From Methanoregulaceae archaeon (GTDB lineage: Archaea; Halobacteriota; Methanomicrobia; Methanomicrobiales; Methanospirillaceae): a stretch of 48,777 bases of DNA. The stretch spans positions 1 through 48,777 of the forward strand of contig JAJRBS010000171.1 in NCBI GenBank assembly GCA_028679325.1. The letters run 5' to 3'. This document shows positions 37,527 through 46,690 of the stretch, in pieces. Under the pieces are notes generated by a model that made no database searches, was not told the DNA's origin, and saw only the letters and a program-made list of their open reading frames with translations. Numbering within the stretch: position 1 is the stretch's first letter; each line of letters begins with the position of its first letter. The position numbers were made by a program, and so were the translations under genes.

Positions 37527-38846
37527 CTATTCCTGACCGGGCTTAAACCAGTCGGGAATGACAAAATCTGTTTCCTTCAGTTTTGCCGGCCAGACAATGA
37601 CCGGCCGGGTTTCCTTGGCCGTCTCGTTCCAGATGAGCTGTTCCATGTACAGGTCGAACTTGCTCTCCCGGAAGTCGGGGGTGAAGGAGATGGTCTCGTT
37701 CTTCATGGCCTCGACCATCTGGGGCATGGTAGTGCCGCCGATGGCTTCGTTAACCCTGGTCTTATTGAGCGAGCCAGCATCCTCGACAGCATTGGCCCCG
37801 ATATAGACCGCTTCGTAGGTCGCGGCACCCATCATACCCGGGAAGCCTCCCCACTTCTTGTCGAAATCGCTCATGAACTTGTTTACCGACTGCTCGATCG
37901 GTCCGCTGGGGACGGCGTACGGGCTGAACCTGCTCTGGATGATGGAATATTCGCCGTACCTGCCTATTCCGCTGTAATAATCGGGGTCATCGTTGCACTC
38001 GACGGCGATGAAGATCTTGTCCAGGCCCACGTCGCGGCGTGCCTGGGTCACGAGCGCGGTCTGTTCATTCAGGAAGGCCGCAACGTAGACGACATCGGGA
38101 TCGGCATTCTTGACCGAGGTGAGAACGGTTCTGAAGTCGCTCTCTCCCATCTTGAAGGCGTCCTCGGAGATCACGTTAATGTTGAGGTTCGAGGCCGCAA
38201 TGGTCTTCTTGATGGCATCGAGTTGTCCCTTCCCGTAGGGGCTGTCCTGGTAGATGACCGAGAGCCTGAGAGGGCGGTCGGAAGGGAACCCGAATTTGGC
38301 GTTGATGGCCGGGCGGATGGTGTCATCGATGAAGAGGGTGGTCTGCCCGCCGGAATCGTCCGTGGTCGGGGCATGGTGGAAGACGGTATCTGTTTTAACA
38401 TCGGTCCTGTGTGTGATGATAGGGCTCGAGGCACCGGAGACGATATACGGCACGCTGTAATCCGCAACAGTGGACTCGTGGGCCGATACCACGGCGCTTG
38501 AGAACCCTCCCACCAGGAGATCGACATTGTCCTGGGTGATCAGCTTCGAGACAGCCTTCTGGCCTCCCTCGCGGGTGGATTCATCGTCACCCTGGACAAG
38601 TTCTATGGTAACGTTCTTCCCGAGTTCCTTGACATAGACTCCTCCGGCAGCGTTAATCTCATCGGCGGCGAGAACCGCTGACTGCCAGACATCCTTGCCG
38701 GTGGTGCTGGCTGGCCCTGTCATGGACGCTACCACCCCTATCTTCAGCTTCTGGGGTGAGCCCACAGCTGCCTGATTTTCTGTGCACCCGGCGAACAATA
38801 CGAGTCCGATAAAGAGGACCGCTAGGATAACAAATACCCGCTTCAT
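37527..38846 (-). CDS. livK: HAAT ABC transporter substrate-binding lipoprotein
   Basis: Lipobox LFAGC; KIGVVASMTG, AADEINAAGG, GGFSS. Confidence 0.9.
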   Translation of the reverse strand: MKRVFVILAVLFIGLVLFAGCTENQAAVGSPQKLKIGVVASMTGPASTTGKDVWQSAVLAADEINAAGGVYVKELGKNVTIELVQGDDESTREGGQKAVSKLITQDNVDLLVGGFSSAVVSAHESTVADYSVPYIVSGASSPIITHRTDVKTDTVFHHAPTTDDSGGQTTLFIDDTIRPAINAKFGFPSDRPLRLSVIYQDSPYGKGQLDAIKKTIAASNLNINVISEDAFKMGESDFRTVLTSVKNADPDVVYVAAFLNEQTALVTQARRDVGLDKIFIAVECNDDPDYYSGIGRYGEYSIIQSRFSPYAVPSGPIEQSVNKFMSDFDKKWGGFPGMMGAATYEAVYIGANAVEDAGSLNKTRVNEAIGGTTMPQMVEAMKNETISFTPDFRESKFDLYMEQLIWNETAKETRPVIVWPAKLKETDFVIPDWFKPGQE

Positions 38847-38862
38847 GCTACTCCTGCCAAGT

Positions 38863-38879
38863 ATGCTATGTTATAGCAT
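38863..38879. promoter_or_regulatory. Palindromic operator ATGCTAT-GTT-ATAGCAT upstream of livK
   Basis: Perfect 7-3-7 inverted repeat 17-33 nt upstream of the livK ATG; core shared with the livG site. Confidence 0.62.
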
Positions 38880-39836
38880 GACAAAATTGGAGAGCGAGAG
38901 ACATAAAGATTGTTATTTGACTGATGACAGGAGGAATTCATAATTTGAGGCCGTATAGCCATAATGGGAAAGCCGGTGACCGGGCGGTAGGGACAGTTGC
39001 CATCTGGCTGGATTCATGACCGATCCGCGCGTTTGGTGTCCAGCTGGCTAATGACAGGATATAATTACAAAGAAAATGGTTAATAATTTATACATGTTCT
39101 CCTTATTGGAATAAGCCTCAGAAGGAACAGAGCTGGGCATACCTGCGGCATGCTGGTGAACCCGGAGATCGAAACGGCAGAAGATCCCGGGTGACAAGGA
39201 CATCACCTGCCGGGCCGAACAAATGTTTGAGAGACGATGCCGGATTCGGAATGAACCTGCCGGTCAAAACGGCTGACAATCGACAGGTGACAGAGACATT
39301 CCCTGACCGGGGCCGGACAGACGCCAAGAAACATGATGCCGTGCTTCCGGCAACCTGTTGATCAAAACGGCGGAAGATCAACGGTGAAAAAGACGCGGAA
39401 GCGTGGGGCCGACCTGAGTTCCTGGTGTGATCTCCTCTGGGGCAACTTCCTTCTCGCCGTTCTTACTTCTGTTTAATCCTCTCTTATCCCCGGTCACTCT
39501 CATCAGATCAGGGAAGGGGAGCTCTGACTCTCCTGCTTTTCTCTTTAGGATGGATGTCCTGCTCCGCTCCAGTCGGAGGATCATCAGTGCAGGGGGCGAT
39601 GATTCGCGTGAACCTGCAAGGATAAAGAATGAGCGGGAATACGGTTGGGAGATAGAACGAAAGGGAACGTCAGCAGGAGAATCAAGGTGGCATCATCAGG
39701 AGGTCTCGGCCCTGCCCGATTGCGGGCAGGACGTCAACCCTTGGACTGAACGTTCATTCGGTGACTTAGTTGGACACTAATACACCTGCTATAGAATAGA
39801 TACAAATGATTATTAAACCTTTTGGATTTTTCCGAC

Positions 39837-39867
39837 TCAAAAGAGGGTACATACCCTTTTTTTTTGA
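39837..39867. terminator. Hairpin with T-tract, possibly bidirectional terminator
   Basis: AAAAGAGGGT-ACAT-ACCCTTTTTTTTT. Confidence 0.5.
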
Positions 39868-40003
39868 CCCGATGCTCATTTCATGGGCAATACAGGATTT
39901 TCCTTGAAAAAGAGCTGCATAGTGACCCAGATGATGTCGAAAAGATAGAGGAAAGATCGGGGGATCCTTGCGGCTCAATCTGCGACTGACTACCATTACC
40001 CGT

Positions 40004-40372
40004 TCACTGGTGGAGGATGAATCCTTCTGAGATCAGGTCTGCAAGCCAGCGGTCGAGCTGCTGCGCGAGATCATTCTTGGTCTTCAGGTCGACCTTCCCT
40101 GGTCCGGGATAGACCTCTCTTCTTCCCGACCGGTCCTGGAGGCAGAGCGGCTCTGCGATCCTCTTCTCATGGAACACCCTGATCTCTATGTCAGGGTCAG
40201 CCACAACATTTCCATCGATAACAGGGTTCTGGGAAAGGGCGTAAACCGAATCTTCCAGCTTATCGATACAGAGCGCTGTGTACGGTGGTTTCTCGATCAC
40301 TGCGTACTGCCTGACCGAAAAAATACCCATACGATCCATTTTCTCGTAGACAGCGTGGTAGATGTCCCCCAT
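40004..40372 (-). CDS. DUF1249 (YqiB)-like protein
   Basis: DPDIEIRVFHEKRIAE motif and C-terminal LDRWL..L..G. Confidence 0.65.
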   Translation of the reverse strand: MGDIYHAVYEKMDRMGIFSVRQYAVIEKPPYTALCIDKLEDSVYALSQNPVIDGNVVADPDIEIRVFHEKRIAEPLCLQDRSGRREVYPGPGKVDLKTKNDLAQQLDRWLADLISEGFILHQ

Positions 40373-40488
40373 GGATATCCTCTCTAGCGGGTACCGAGAA
40401 TACCCATAAATCTTGCCCTGCCGGCCGGCCGGATAAAAACCGAAGATATTTCACCGAAGGGAAAAAAAAATAGTGCTGCGTTATTTCC

Positions 40489-42408
40489 ATGGCTGGCAGA
40501 GGGAAGATCCGATCCATATATGAGTCAGTCTACCGGCAGTCACTGGAAGATCCCAGAGGTTTCTGGGGGGCCTGTGCCGGTAATGTCGCCTGGAACAGGG
40601 TATGGGACGAGGTGCTCGACGCTTCCGGTGACCCTTTCTTCCGCTGGTTCACAGGCGGGGTCCTGAATACCTGCCATAACTGCCTTGACATCCATGTCGA
40701 GGAGGGACGGGGGTCGGCCACTGCCCTGATCTATGACAGCCCCGTCACAGGGACAACGAGAGCCTACACCTACCGGGAACTCCGGGACCTGGTGGCCCGG
40801 TTCGCCGGAGGTCTTTCCCGGCTCGGCGTGAAGAAGGGCGACCGGGTGGTCATCTACATGCCGATGGTCCCCGAAACAGTCATCGGGATGCTGGCCTGTG
40901 CCAGGATCGGTGCCATTCATTCCGTGGTCTTCGGGGGTTTCGCTTCACGGGAGCTTGCGGCCCGGATCAGCGATGCCCGCCCGAAGGTCATCCTCGCCGC
41001 CTCCTGCGGGATCGAGGTGAACCGGGTCATCCCCTACAAGCCGCTGCTCGATGAGGCCATCCGGATCTCGTCCGTAAAACCTGACCACTGCGTCATCCTC
41101 CAGCGCCCCCAGGAGAAGGCCCTCCTGCAGGAGGGGAGGGATATCTCCTGGGAGGCCTGCAGCACGGGAGCAGAAACCCCCTGTGTTCCCGTTGCCGCAA
41201 CCGATCCCCTCTACATCCTCTATACATCCGGGACCACGGGAACTCCCAAAGGGGTGGTCCGGGACAACGGCGGACATCTCGTTGCCCTCATCTGGAGCAT
41301 GAAAAACATCTACGGCCTCTCGCCAGGGGAGGTCTTCTGGGCGGCATCGGACGTTGGGTGGGTGGTCGGCCATTCCTATATTGTGTACGGGCCCCTGGCC
41401 TACGGGTGCACCAGCATCCTCTACGAAGGTAAATCTGTAGGGACGCCGGACCCCGGCGCCTTCTGGCGGGTCATTTCCGAACACAATGTCCGGGTCCTCT
41501 TCACCGCCCCGACAGCTTTCCGGGCTATCAAGAGGGAGGATCCCAACGGGAGGTATATCCGGGACTATGACCTCTCCCGCTTCAGGATGCTCTTTCTTGC
41601 CGGAGAGCGGTGCGATCCCGATACCCTTCACTGGGCAGAGGAACGCCTGAAAGTACCGGTGATCGACCACTGGTGGCAGACCGAGACCGGGTGGTCGATC
41701 GGTGCCAATGCCGCCGGCCTCGGTCTCCTTCCGGTAAAACCCGGGTCATGCACGAAGGCCATGCCGGGATACGATATCCGGGTCCTCAATGACCATGGAG
41801 AAGAGGTCCCTCCAGGGGTAACCGGGAACATCGTCATCCGGCTCCCCCTCCCCCCGGGGTGCCTCACCACTCTCTGGCAGAATGACAGCGACTACCAGAA
41901 GACATACCTCTCCGAGTACCCGGGTTTCTACCTGACCGGCGACGCCGGGTTCATCGACGAAGACCGGTATCTCTGGATCATGGGACGGACGGACGACATC
42001 ATCAACACCGCCGGGCACCGCCTCTCGACCGGGGCCATGGAAGAGGTCCTCGCCGCCCACCCCGATGTCGCAGAGTGCGCGGTGACCGGCGTTGTCGACG
42101 AAATAAAGGGCGAGATCCCGCTTGGTTTCATCGTGCTGAAGGCGGGAGTGAAGCATGACCGGAAAGTCATCCTGCAGGAGCTGGTGCAGATGGTCCGGGC
42201 GAAGATCGGGCCCATCGCATCCTTCAAGGTGGCGGTCATAGTCAGGAGGCTGCCAAAGACCCGCTCAGGGAAGATCCTCCGGGGTACCTTGAAGAAGATC
42301 GCCGATGGGGAGGACTACCGCGTCCCAGCAACTATCGACGACCCCGGGACCCTCGATGAGATAAGGGAGGACCTTGCGGCTATTGGCTACCCGAGACGAC
42401 CTGGCTGA
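40489..42408 (+). CDS. prpE: Propionyl-CoA synthetase (AMP-forming acyl-CoA ligase)
   Basis: YTSGTTGTPKGVVRD, ASDVGWVVGHSY, DHWWQTETG, GHRLST, PKTRSGK. Confidence 0.88.
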   Translation: MAGRGKIRSIYESVYRQSLEDPRGFWGACAGNVAWNRVWDEVLDASGDPFFRWFTGGVLNTCHNCLDIHVEEGRGSATALIYDSPVTGTTRAYTYRELRDLVARFAGGLSRLGVKKGDRVVIYMPMVPETVIGMLACARIGAIHSVVFGGFASRELAARISDARPKVILAASCGIEVNRVIPYKPLLDEAIRISSVKPDHCVILQRPQEKALLQEGRDISWEACSTGAETPCVPVAATDPLYILYTSGTTGTPKGVVRDNGGHLVALIWSMKNIYGLSPGEVFWAASDVGWVVGHSYIVYGPLAYGCTSILYEGKSVGTPDPGAFWRVISEHNVRVLFTAPTAFRAIKREDPNGRYIRDYDLSRFRMLFLAGERCDPDTLHWAEERLKVPVIDHWWQTETGWSIGANAAGLGLLPVKPGSCTKAMPGYDIRVLNDHGEEVPPGVTGNIVIRLPLPPGCLTTLWQNDSDYQKTYLSEYPGFYLTGDAGFIDEDRYLWIMGRTDDIINTAGHRLSTGAMEEVLAAHPDVAECAVTGVVDEIKGEIPLGFIVLKAGVKHDRKVILQELVQMVRAKIGPIASFKVAVIVRRLPKTRSGKILRGTLKKIADGEDYRVPATIDDPGTLDEIREDLAAIGYPRRPG

Positions 42409-42475
42409 GGGCCAGATTTTCGTTGCATCTCTCTTCCGAGCGGCGTATCATCTCTCCCGTAACCTTCGTCTCTTT

Positions 42476-43381
42476 TCAGAATCTCTCGAATGCCTCGTAG
42501 ATCGCCCGTACCGCGGCCCCGTGTGAAGGTCCGTACCCGCCTTCGAGGACGAGGGAGACGGGAATCCCTGTCTCCAGCAGGATACTGGTGAGCTCCCCGA
42601 TATCCCCGGGCCGGAGATCCATCATCCCCAGGGGGTCGTCACTTAGGCAGTCCTGGCCCGCAGAGACCAGCAGGAGGGAAGGGTCAAAGGACTGGATCGC
42701 CGGGATAAACTCACTATTGAATACACATCGATAGTCATGGATCCCGGAGCCGGGAGGAAGGGGGGCGTTGAGGGTGAGACCTTCCCCGGCACCTGTCCCC
42801 GTCTCGTCCCGAAGGCCCGTGCCCGGGAACCAGGGCGACTGGTGAACAGAGCAGTAGAGAACCTTCCCGGAAGCGTAGAAGATATCCTGGGTTCCGTTCC
42901 CGTGGTGGACGTCCCAGTCGACGATTGCCACCCGGGGAACACGATCAAGGGCCGCTGCCGCTCCAACCGCCACGTTGTTGATGAGGCAAAAACCCATGGC
43001 ATATGCCCGCCCCGCGTGATGCCCGGGAGGCCGGACAAGGGCGAAGCAGGGCTCGCCATCCAGGGCATGAAGTGAGGCCTGAACGGCCGCTCCGGCCGCC
43101 GACAGTGCAACATCAAAGGAATCGCAGGTCAGATAGGTGTCGCTGTCGATATTGCAGCACCTCCTTTCCGGGCAGGACCGGGAGAGTTCCCTGATTCTAC
43201 TAATATACCCGGGGTCGTGAATGGAGCCGATCTGCCCGACAGTGGCCGGTTCAGGATCGATCCAGCCGGTCTTTCCGGAAACTCCCTCCAGGGCCAGTCC
43301 GAGGCGGGCCTGGGACTCGGGGTGACCCGTACAATCGTGCCTGGCGAATAGGGGCCCATTGATGGTCAGCAGCCGGGTCAT
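42476..43381 (-). CDS. Zn-dependent histone deacetylase family protein (AcuC/APAH-like)
   Basis: HPE, RPPGHH, GFC, DWDVHHGNG, SAGQD, LEGGY all intact. Confidence 0.93.
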   Translation of the reverse strand: MTRLLTINGPLFARHDCTGHPESQARLGLALEGVSGKTGWIDPEPATVGQIGSIHDPGYISRIRELSRSCPERRCCNIDSDTYLTCDSFDVALSAAGAAVQASLHALDGEPCFALVRPPGHHAGRAYAMGFCLINNVAVGAAAALDRVPRVAIVDWDVHHGNGTQDIFYASGKVLYCSVHQSPWFPGTGLRDETGTGAGEGLTLNAPLPPGSGIHDYRCVFNSEFIPAIQSFDPSLLLVSAGQDCLSDDPLGMMDLRPGDIGELTSILLETGIPVSLVLEGGYGPSHGAAVRAIYEAFERF

Positions 43382-43579
43382 GTACGGAAGAGAGTTGGGA
43401 GAGGGGAGAATTTAAGGGGATCTCCGGAACCGATGCCTTTGCCAGCTCCGGCAAGCCTGAAAAGCCGGCCGTCTGCAGGATCTTTCCCTTGCCACCATGT
43501 TCGGTAAATCCCCATGATCTCCAATCTGCCCGCGGGGATGATTACTTCAACAGGAAGGTCGAGATGGATCTGAAAACCC

Positions 43580-44446
43580 ATGGAGCACAGGACGGTCCGG
43601 ATTGGCCTTGTACAGAACGCGGTCTCCCCTGATGCCGATAAGAACCTGGAAAGAACCCTGGGGCTTGCCCGGAAAGCAGCCCGGCAGGGAGCCCGGATTA
43701 TCTGCCTGCAGGAGCTCTTCCGTACTCCCTACTTCCCGCAGGAGGAAGAGGCGGATGCCTCCGTGTATGCTGAGACCATTCCCGGAGAATCCACCAGGGT
43801 TTTTGAGGCTCTTTCCCATGAGTTCGGGATCGCAATCATCGTCCCCCTCTACGAGAAGGCCGGCGACGGCCGGATGTATAACACAGCCGTGGTGCTTGAG
43901 AACGGCTGTATTCTTCCCTCTCCCTACCGGAAGGTGCATATCCCTCATGACCCCCTCTTCTTTGAGAAGAGCTACTTTACACCGGGTGGCGATTACCGGG
44001 TCTTTTCCTGCTCAGCCGCCCGGATCGGGGTCCTGATCTGCTATGACCAGTGGTTCCCGGAACCGGCCCGGGCGGTCACCCTCAAGGGGGCAGAGATCAT
44101 ATTCTACCCCACTGCAATCGGGTGGATCCGCGGGATGCGGGAAGCTCCCGAGGGGGACTGGAGAGAGGCCTGGGAGACTGTCCAGAGGGGGCACGCCATC
44201 GCGAACGGGGTCCATGTCGCGGCCGCGAACCGGGTGGGTGTGGAGAAGGAGCTCGAATTCTGGGGGAGCTCCTTTGTTGCCGACGCCTTTGGGAATATCG
44301 TGGCCAGGGCAGGGGAGGAAGCGGACGAGTTGCTTCTGGCCGATATATCTCTCGAGATGAATGACCAGGTCCGGGAGGGCTGGGGATTTCTCCGGAACAG
44401 GAGGCCGGACACGTATGATATTCTTGCCCGGGAGGAGGAACAATGA
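43580..44446 (+). CDS. aguB: N-carbamoylputrescine amidase (carbon-nitrogen hydrolase)
   Basis: E-K-C triad LQELF / YRKVHIP / ICYDQWFPE; YPTAIG; coupled to agmatine deiminase. Confidence 0.88.
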   Translation: MEHRTVRIGLVQNAVSPDADKNLERTLGLARKAARQGARIICLQELFRTPYFPQEEEADASVYAETIPGESTRVFEALSHEFGIAIIVPLYEKAGDGRMYNTAVVLENGCILPSPYRKVHIPHDPLFFEKSYFTPGGDYRVFSCSAARIGVLICYDQWFPEPARAVTLKGAEIIFYPTAIGWIRGMREAPEGDWREAWETVQRGHAIANGVHVAAANRVGVEKELEFWGSSFVADAFGNIVARAGEEADELLLADISLEMNDQVREGWGFLRNRRPDTYDILAREEEQ

Positions 44447-45501
44447 AAGGCACTGCGGCGGACAGGGAACAGACACCAGCGGGCTGCGGTTTTTTCATGC
44501 CAGCCGAGTGGGAGGCTCAGAGCGGGGTCTGGCTCTCGTGGCCTCATGATGAAGAGACATTCCCGGACCTCGAGGGCGTGAAGGAGACCTATGCTGATAT
44601 CATCTGCGCTGTCTGCGAGCATGAACATGTCCATCTCCTGGTCAGGGATACCGATGACCTGAAGGAAGCGAAGAACCTGATCGCCAGGAGAACATGCCCC
44701 TCTCCACACAACCTGGTGCCCCACGAGGTGGATTATGCCGATGTCTGGATCCGCGACTACGGACCGAGCTTTATCGTGAACCGGGAGAGGGCGGAGATTG
44801 CCATGGTCGACTGGACGTTCAATGCCTGGGGCAATAAGTACCCTGCACTCCTGGGGGACGATCTCGTCCCTTCGATCATCAACGAAGAGCTGCGGTTGAC
44901 CCGGTTCTGCCCCGGAATCGTTCTCGAAGGGGGATCGATCGATGTCAACGGCAGGGGGATGGTCATGACCACCGAGCAGTGCCTCTTCCATAAAAATAGG
45001 AACCCTGATCTCTCCCGAACGGATCTCGAGGAGATTCTCTGCCGGTACCTGGGCGTCCTCAAAGTTATCTGGCTGAAGGAGGGTATCGCAGGCGATGATA
45101 CAGACGGCCATATCGATGATGTCGCCCGGTTCGTGGGCGAACGGACGGTGATCTGTGCATTCGAAGAGGATCCAGAGGACGAGAACCACCTTCCCCTTAG
45201 GGAGAATTTCAGGATCTTGTCGCAGGAGACCGATCTTTCCGGGCGGCCTCTTAACGTGATTCCCCTTCCCCTGCCGGGCAGGGTCGGGGATGACCGGAGA
45301 CTCCCGGCCAGCTACGCGAACTTCCTCGTCACCAACAGGGCCGTCCTGTTCCCGGTCTTCAACCATCCAAACGACCGGAAGGCGAAGGCTGTCCTGGAAT
45401 CTGTCTTTCCGGGGAGGGAGCCTGTTGGGATTGACTGCAGGGCACTTGTGCAGGGGCTTGGTGCCATTCACTGTATCAGCCAGCAGCAGCCGCTTCCCTA
45501 A
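44443..45501 (+). CDS. aguA: Agmatine deiminase
   Basis: MPAEW, WIRDYGP, EGGSI, DTDGHID, SYANF, GAIHCISQQQP. Confidence 0.93.
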   Translation: MKGTAADREQTPAGCGFFMPAEWEAQSGVWLSWPHDEETFPDLEGVKETYADIICAVCEHEHVHLLVRDTDDLKEAKNLIARRTCPSPHNLVPHEVDYADVWIRDYGPSFIVNRERAEIAMVDWTFNAWGNKYPALLGDDLVPSIINEELRLTRFCPGIVLEGGSIDVNGRGMVMTTEQCLFHKNRNPDLSRTDLEEILCRYLGVLKVIWLKEGIAGDDTDGHIDDVARFVGERTVICAFEEDPEDENHLPLRENFRILSQETDLSGRPLNVIPLPLPGRVGDDRRLPASYANFLVTNRAVLFPVFNHPNDRKAKAVLESVFPGREPVGIDCRALVQGLGAIHCISQQQPLP

Positions 45502-45679
45502 AGGGTAAAAAAAACGTTGTCTGGTTGCAGACTGGCGAAGATGCGGGGTTGATCAGGAGGTAATGATGATCTCATCTCCGCCAAGCCTGCGGGGGGTTTC
45601 TGATGACCTATGTTGCCGGAAATCCTTCCGGACAACCAGATCTCTTTAACATGATCATCTTAAAGATTTCGATTTTTCG

Positions 45680-46636
45680 GTGATCTCGGATACGATCCTC
45701 TATATCCCCCGAAAGGAGATATTGGAGAACGTGGAGAGCGATGAATCCCGGGAAAAGAGAGCGCGTGTCGTTCCCGGGAGGGTCTGGTTCAGGCACCCGG
45801 CAGCAGGGGAACTGGCAGAGCAGGGTCTCCGGGGGGTCGATATGCACTGCCACACCAACCACTCGGATGCTCCTGTCAGCATCGCCGACGCCCTGGCGAG
45901 GGCGAGGGGCCGGGGAATCGGCCTGGCGGTGACCGACCATAACGTGATATCGGGAAGCCTGGCCGCCGTGAAGGAAGCGCCGGACCTTCTGCTTATACCC
46001 GGCATCGAGGTGAGCGCATTCGACGGGCCGCACATCCTGGTGTACTTCTACTCTACGGCAGATCTCAGGCATTTTTACCTGCACTGCATCAGGGACCGGG
46101 TTCAGGAGAGCCCGTTTCTGGCCATCCGGGCCACGACATCAGAGATCCTCGACATGGCAGACAGTTATTCCTGCATCTGTGCTGCCGCCCACCCCTATGG
46201 GTACCTCATCTTCAACAAGGGAATCGGGAGGTGTGTTGAACGGGACTACCTGCCCGAAGATCTCATTCCCCGTTTTGATGCCCTCGAGGCGATCTGCGGG
46301 GGGATGAACCGGACAGGAAACGTCCGGGCAATGCACCTTGCCGAGAGGCACGATCTCGGGATCGTCGGGGGATCCGACGCCCACCTTCTCTCCGACTACG
46401 GCACAGTCCTGACGTTCTCCCCGGCGGACACGGTCGGTGATTTTCTCGATAACGTCAGGCAGCACAAAAACTTCGTCATCGGGAAAGAGAAGAATATCTT
46501 CGAGAAAGGGCTGATGGGAACTGCCCTCATCGCCCGGTACCTTCCCTACACCATCCCGTCCCTCTCGATCCACTATGAGCAGAACATACCGCGGGTCAGA
46601 AGGTTTCTCCGGAGGGCAGGGGGACTGCGGAAATGA
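45680..46636 (+). CDS. PHP domain metal-dependent phosphoesterase (start may be later)
   Basis: DMHCHTNHSD, VTDHN, GIEVS, AHPY, GGSDAH. Confidence 0.88.
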   Translation: MISDTILYIPRKEILENVESDESREKRARVVPGRVWFRHPAAGELAEQGLRGVDMHCHTNHSDAPVSIADALARARGRGIGLAVTDHNVISGSLAAVKEAPDLLLIPGIEVSAFDGPHILVYFYSTADLRHFYLHCIRDRVQESPFLAIRATTSEILDMADSYSCICAAAHPYGYLIFNKGIGRCVERDYLPEDLIPRFDALEAICGGMNRTGNVRAMHLAERHDLGIVGGSDAHLLSDYGTVLTFSPADTVGDFLDNVRQHKNFVIGKEKNIFEKGLMGTALIARYLPYTIPSLSIHYEQNIPRVRRFLRRAGGLRK

Positions 46637-46690
46637 CCCTGCCGAAGAAGGAACCCCTCTCCGTCAACCCGTGAAAAGAGATCCCTTTCC

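Noticed and set aside
39118..39996. Short ORFs of 68-117 aa in the livK-DUF1249 gap
   Set aside because: Mutually overlapping, no motifs, atypical composition
44104..45471. 455-aa minus-strand ORF
   Set aside because: Antisense shadow of aguB/aguA; no motifs; typical of GC-rich codon bias
45556..45610. ATGATGA/CTGA as a C/D-box sRNA, or CTGATGAC as a fluoride riboswitch
   Set aside because: Box spacing does not fit the archaeal C-D'-C'-D layout; the riboswitch 5' GGxGATG stem and pseudoknot are missing
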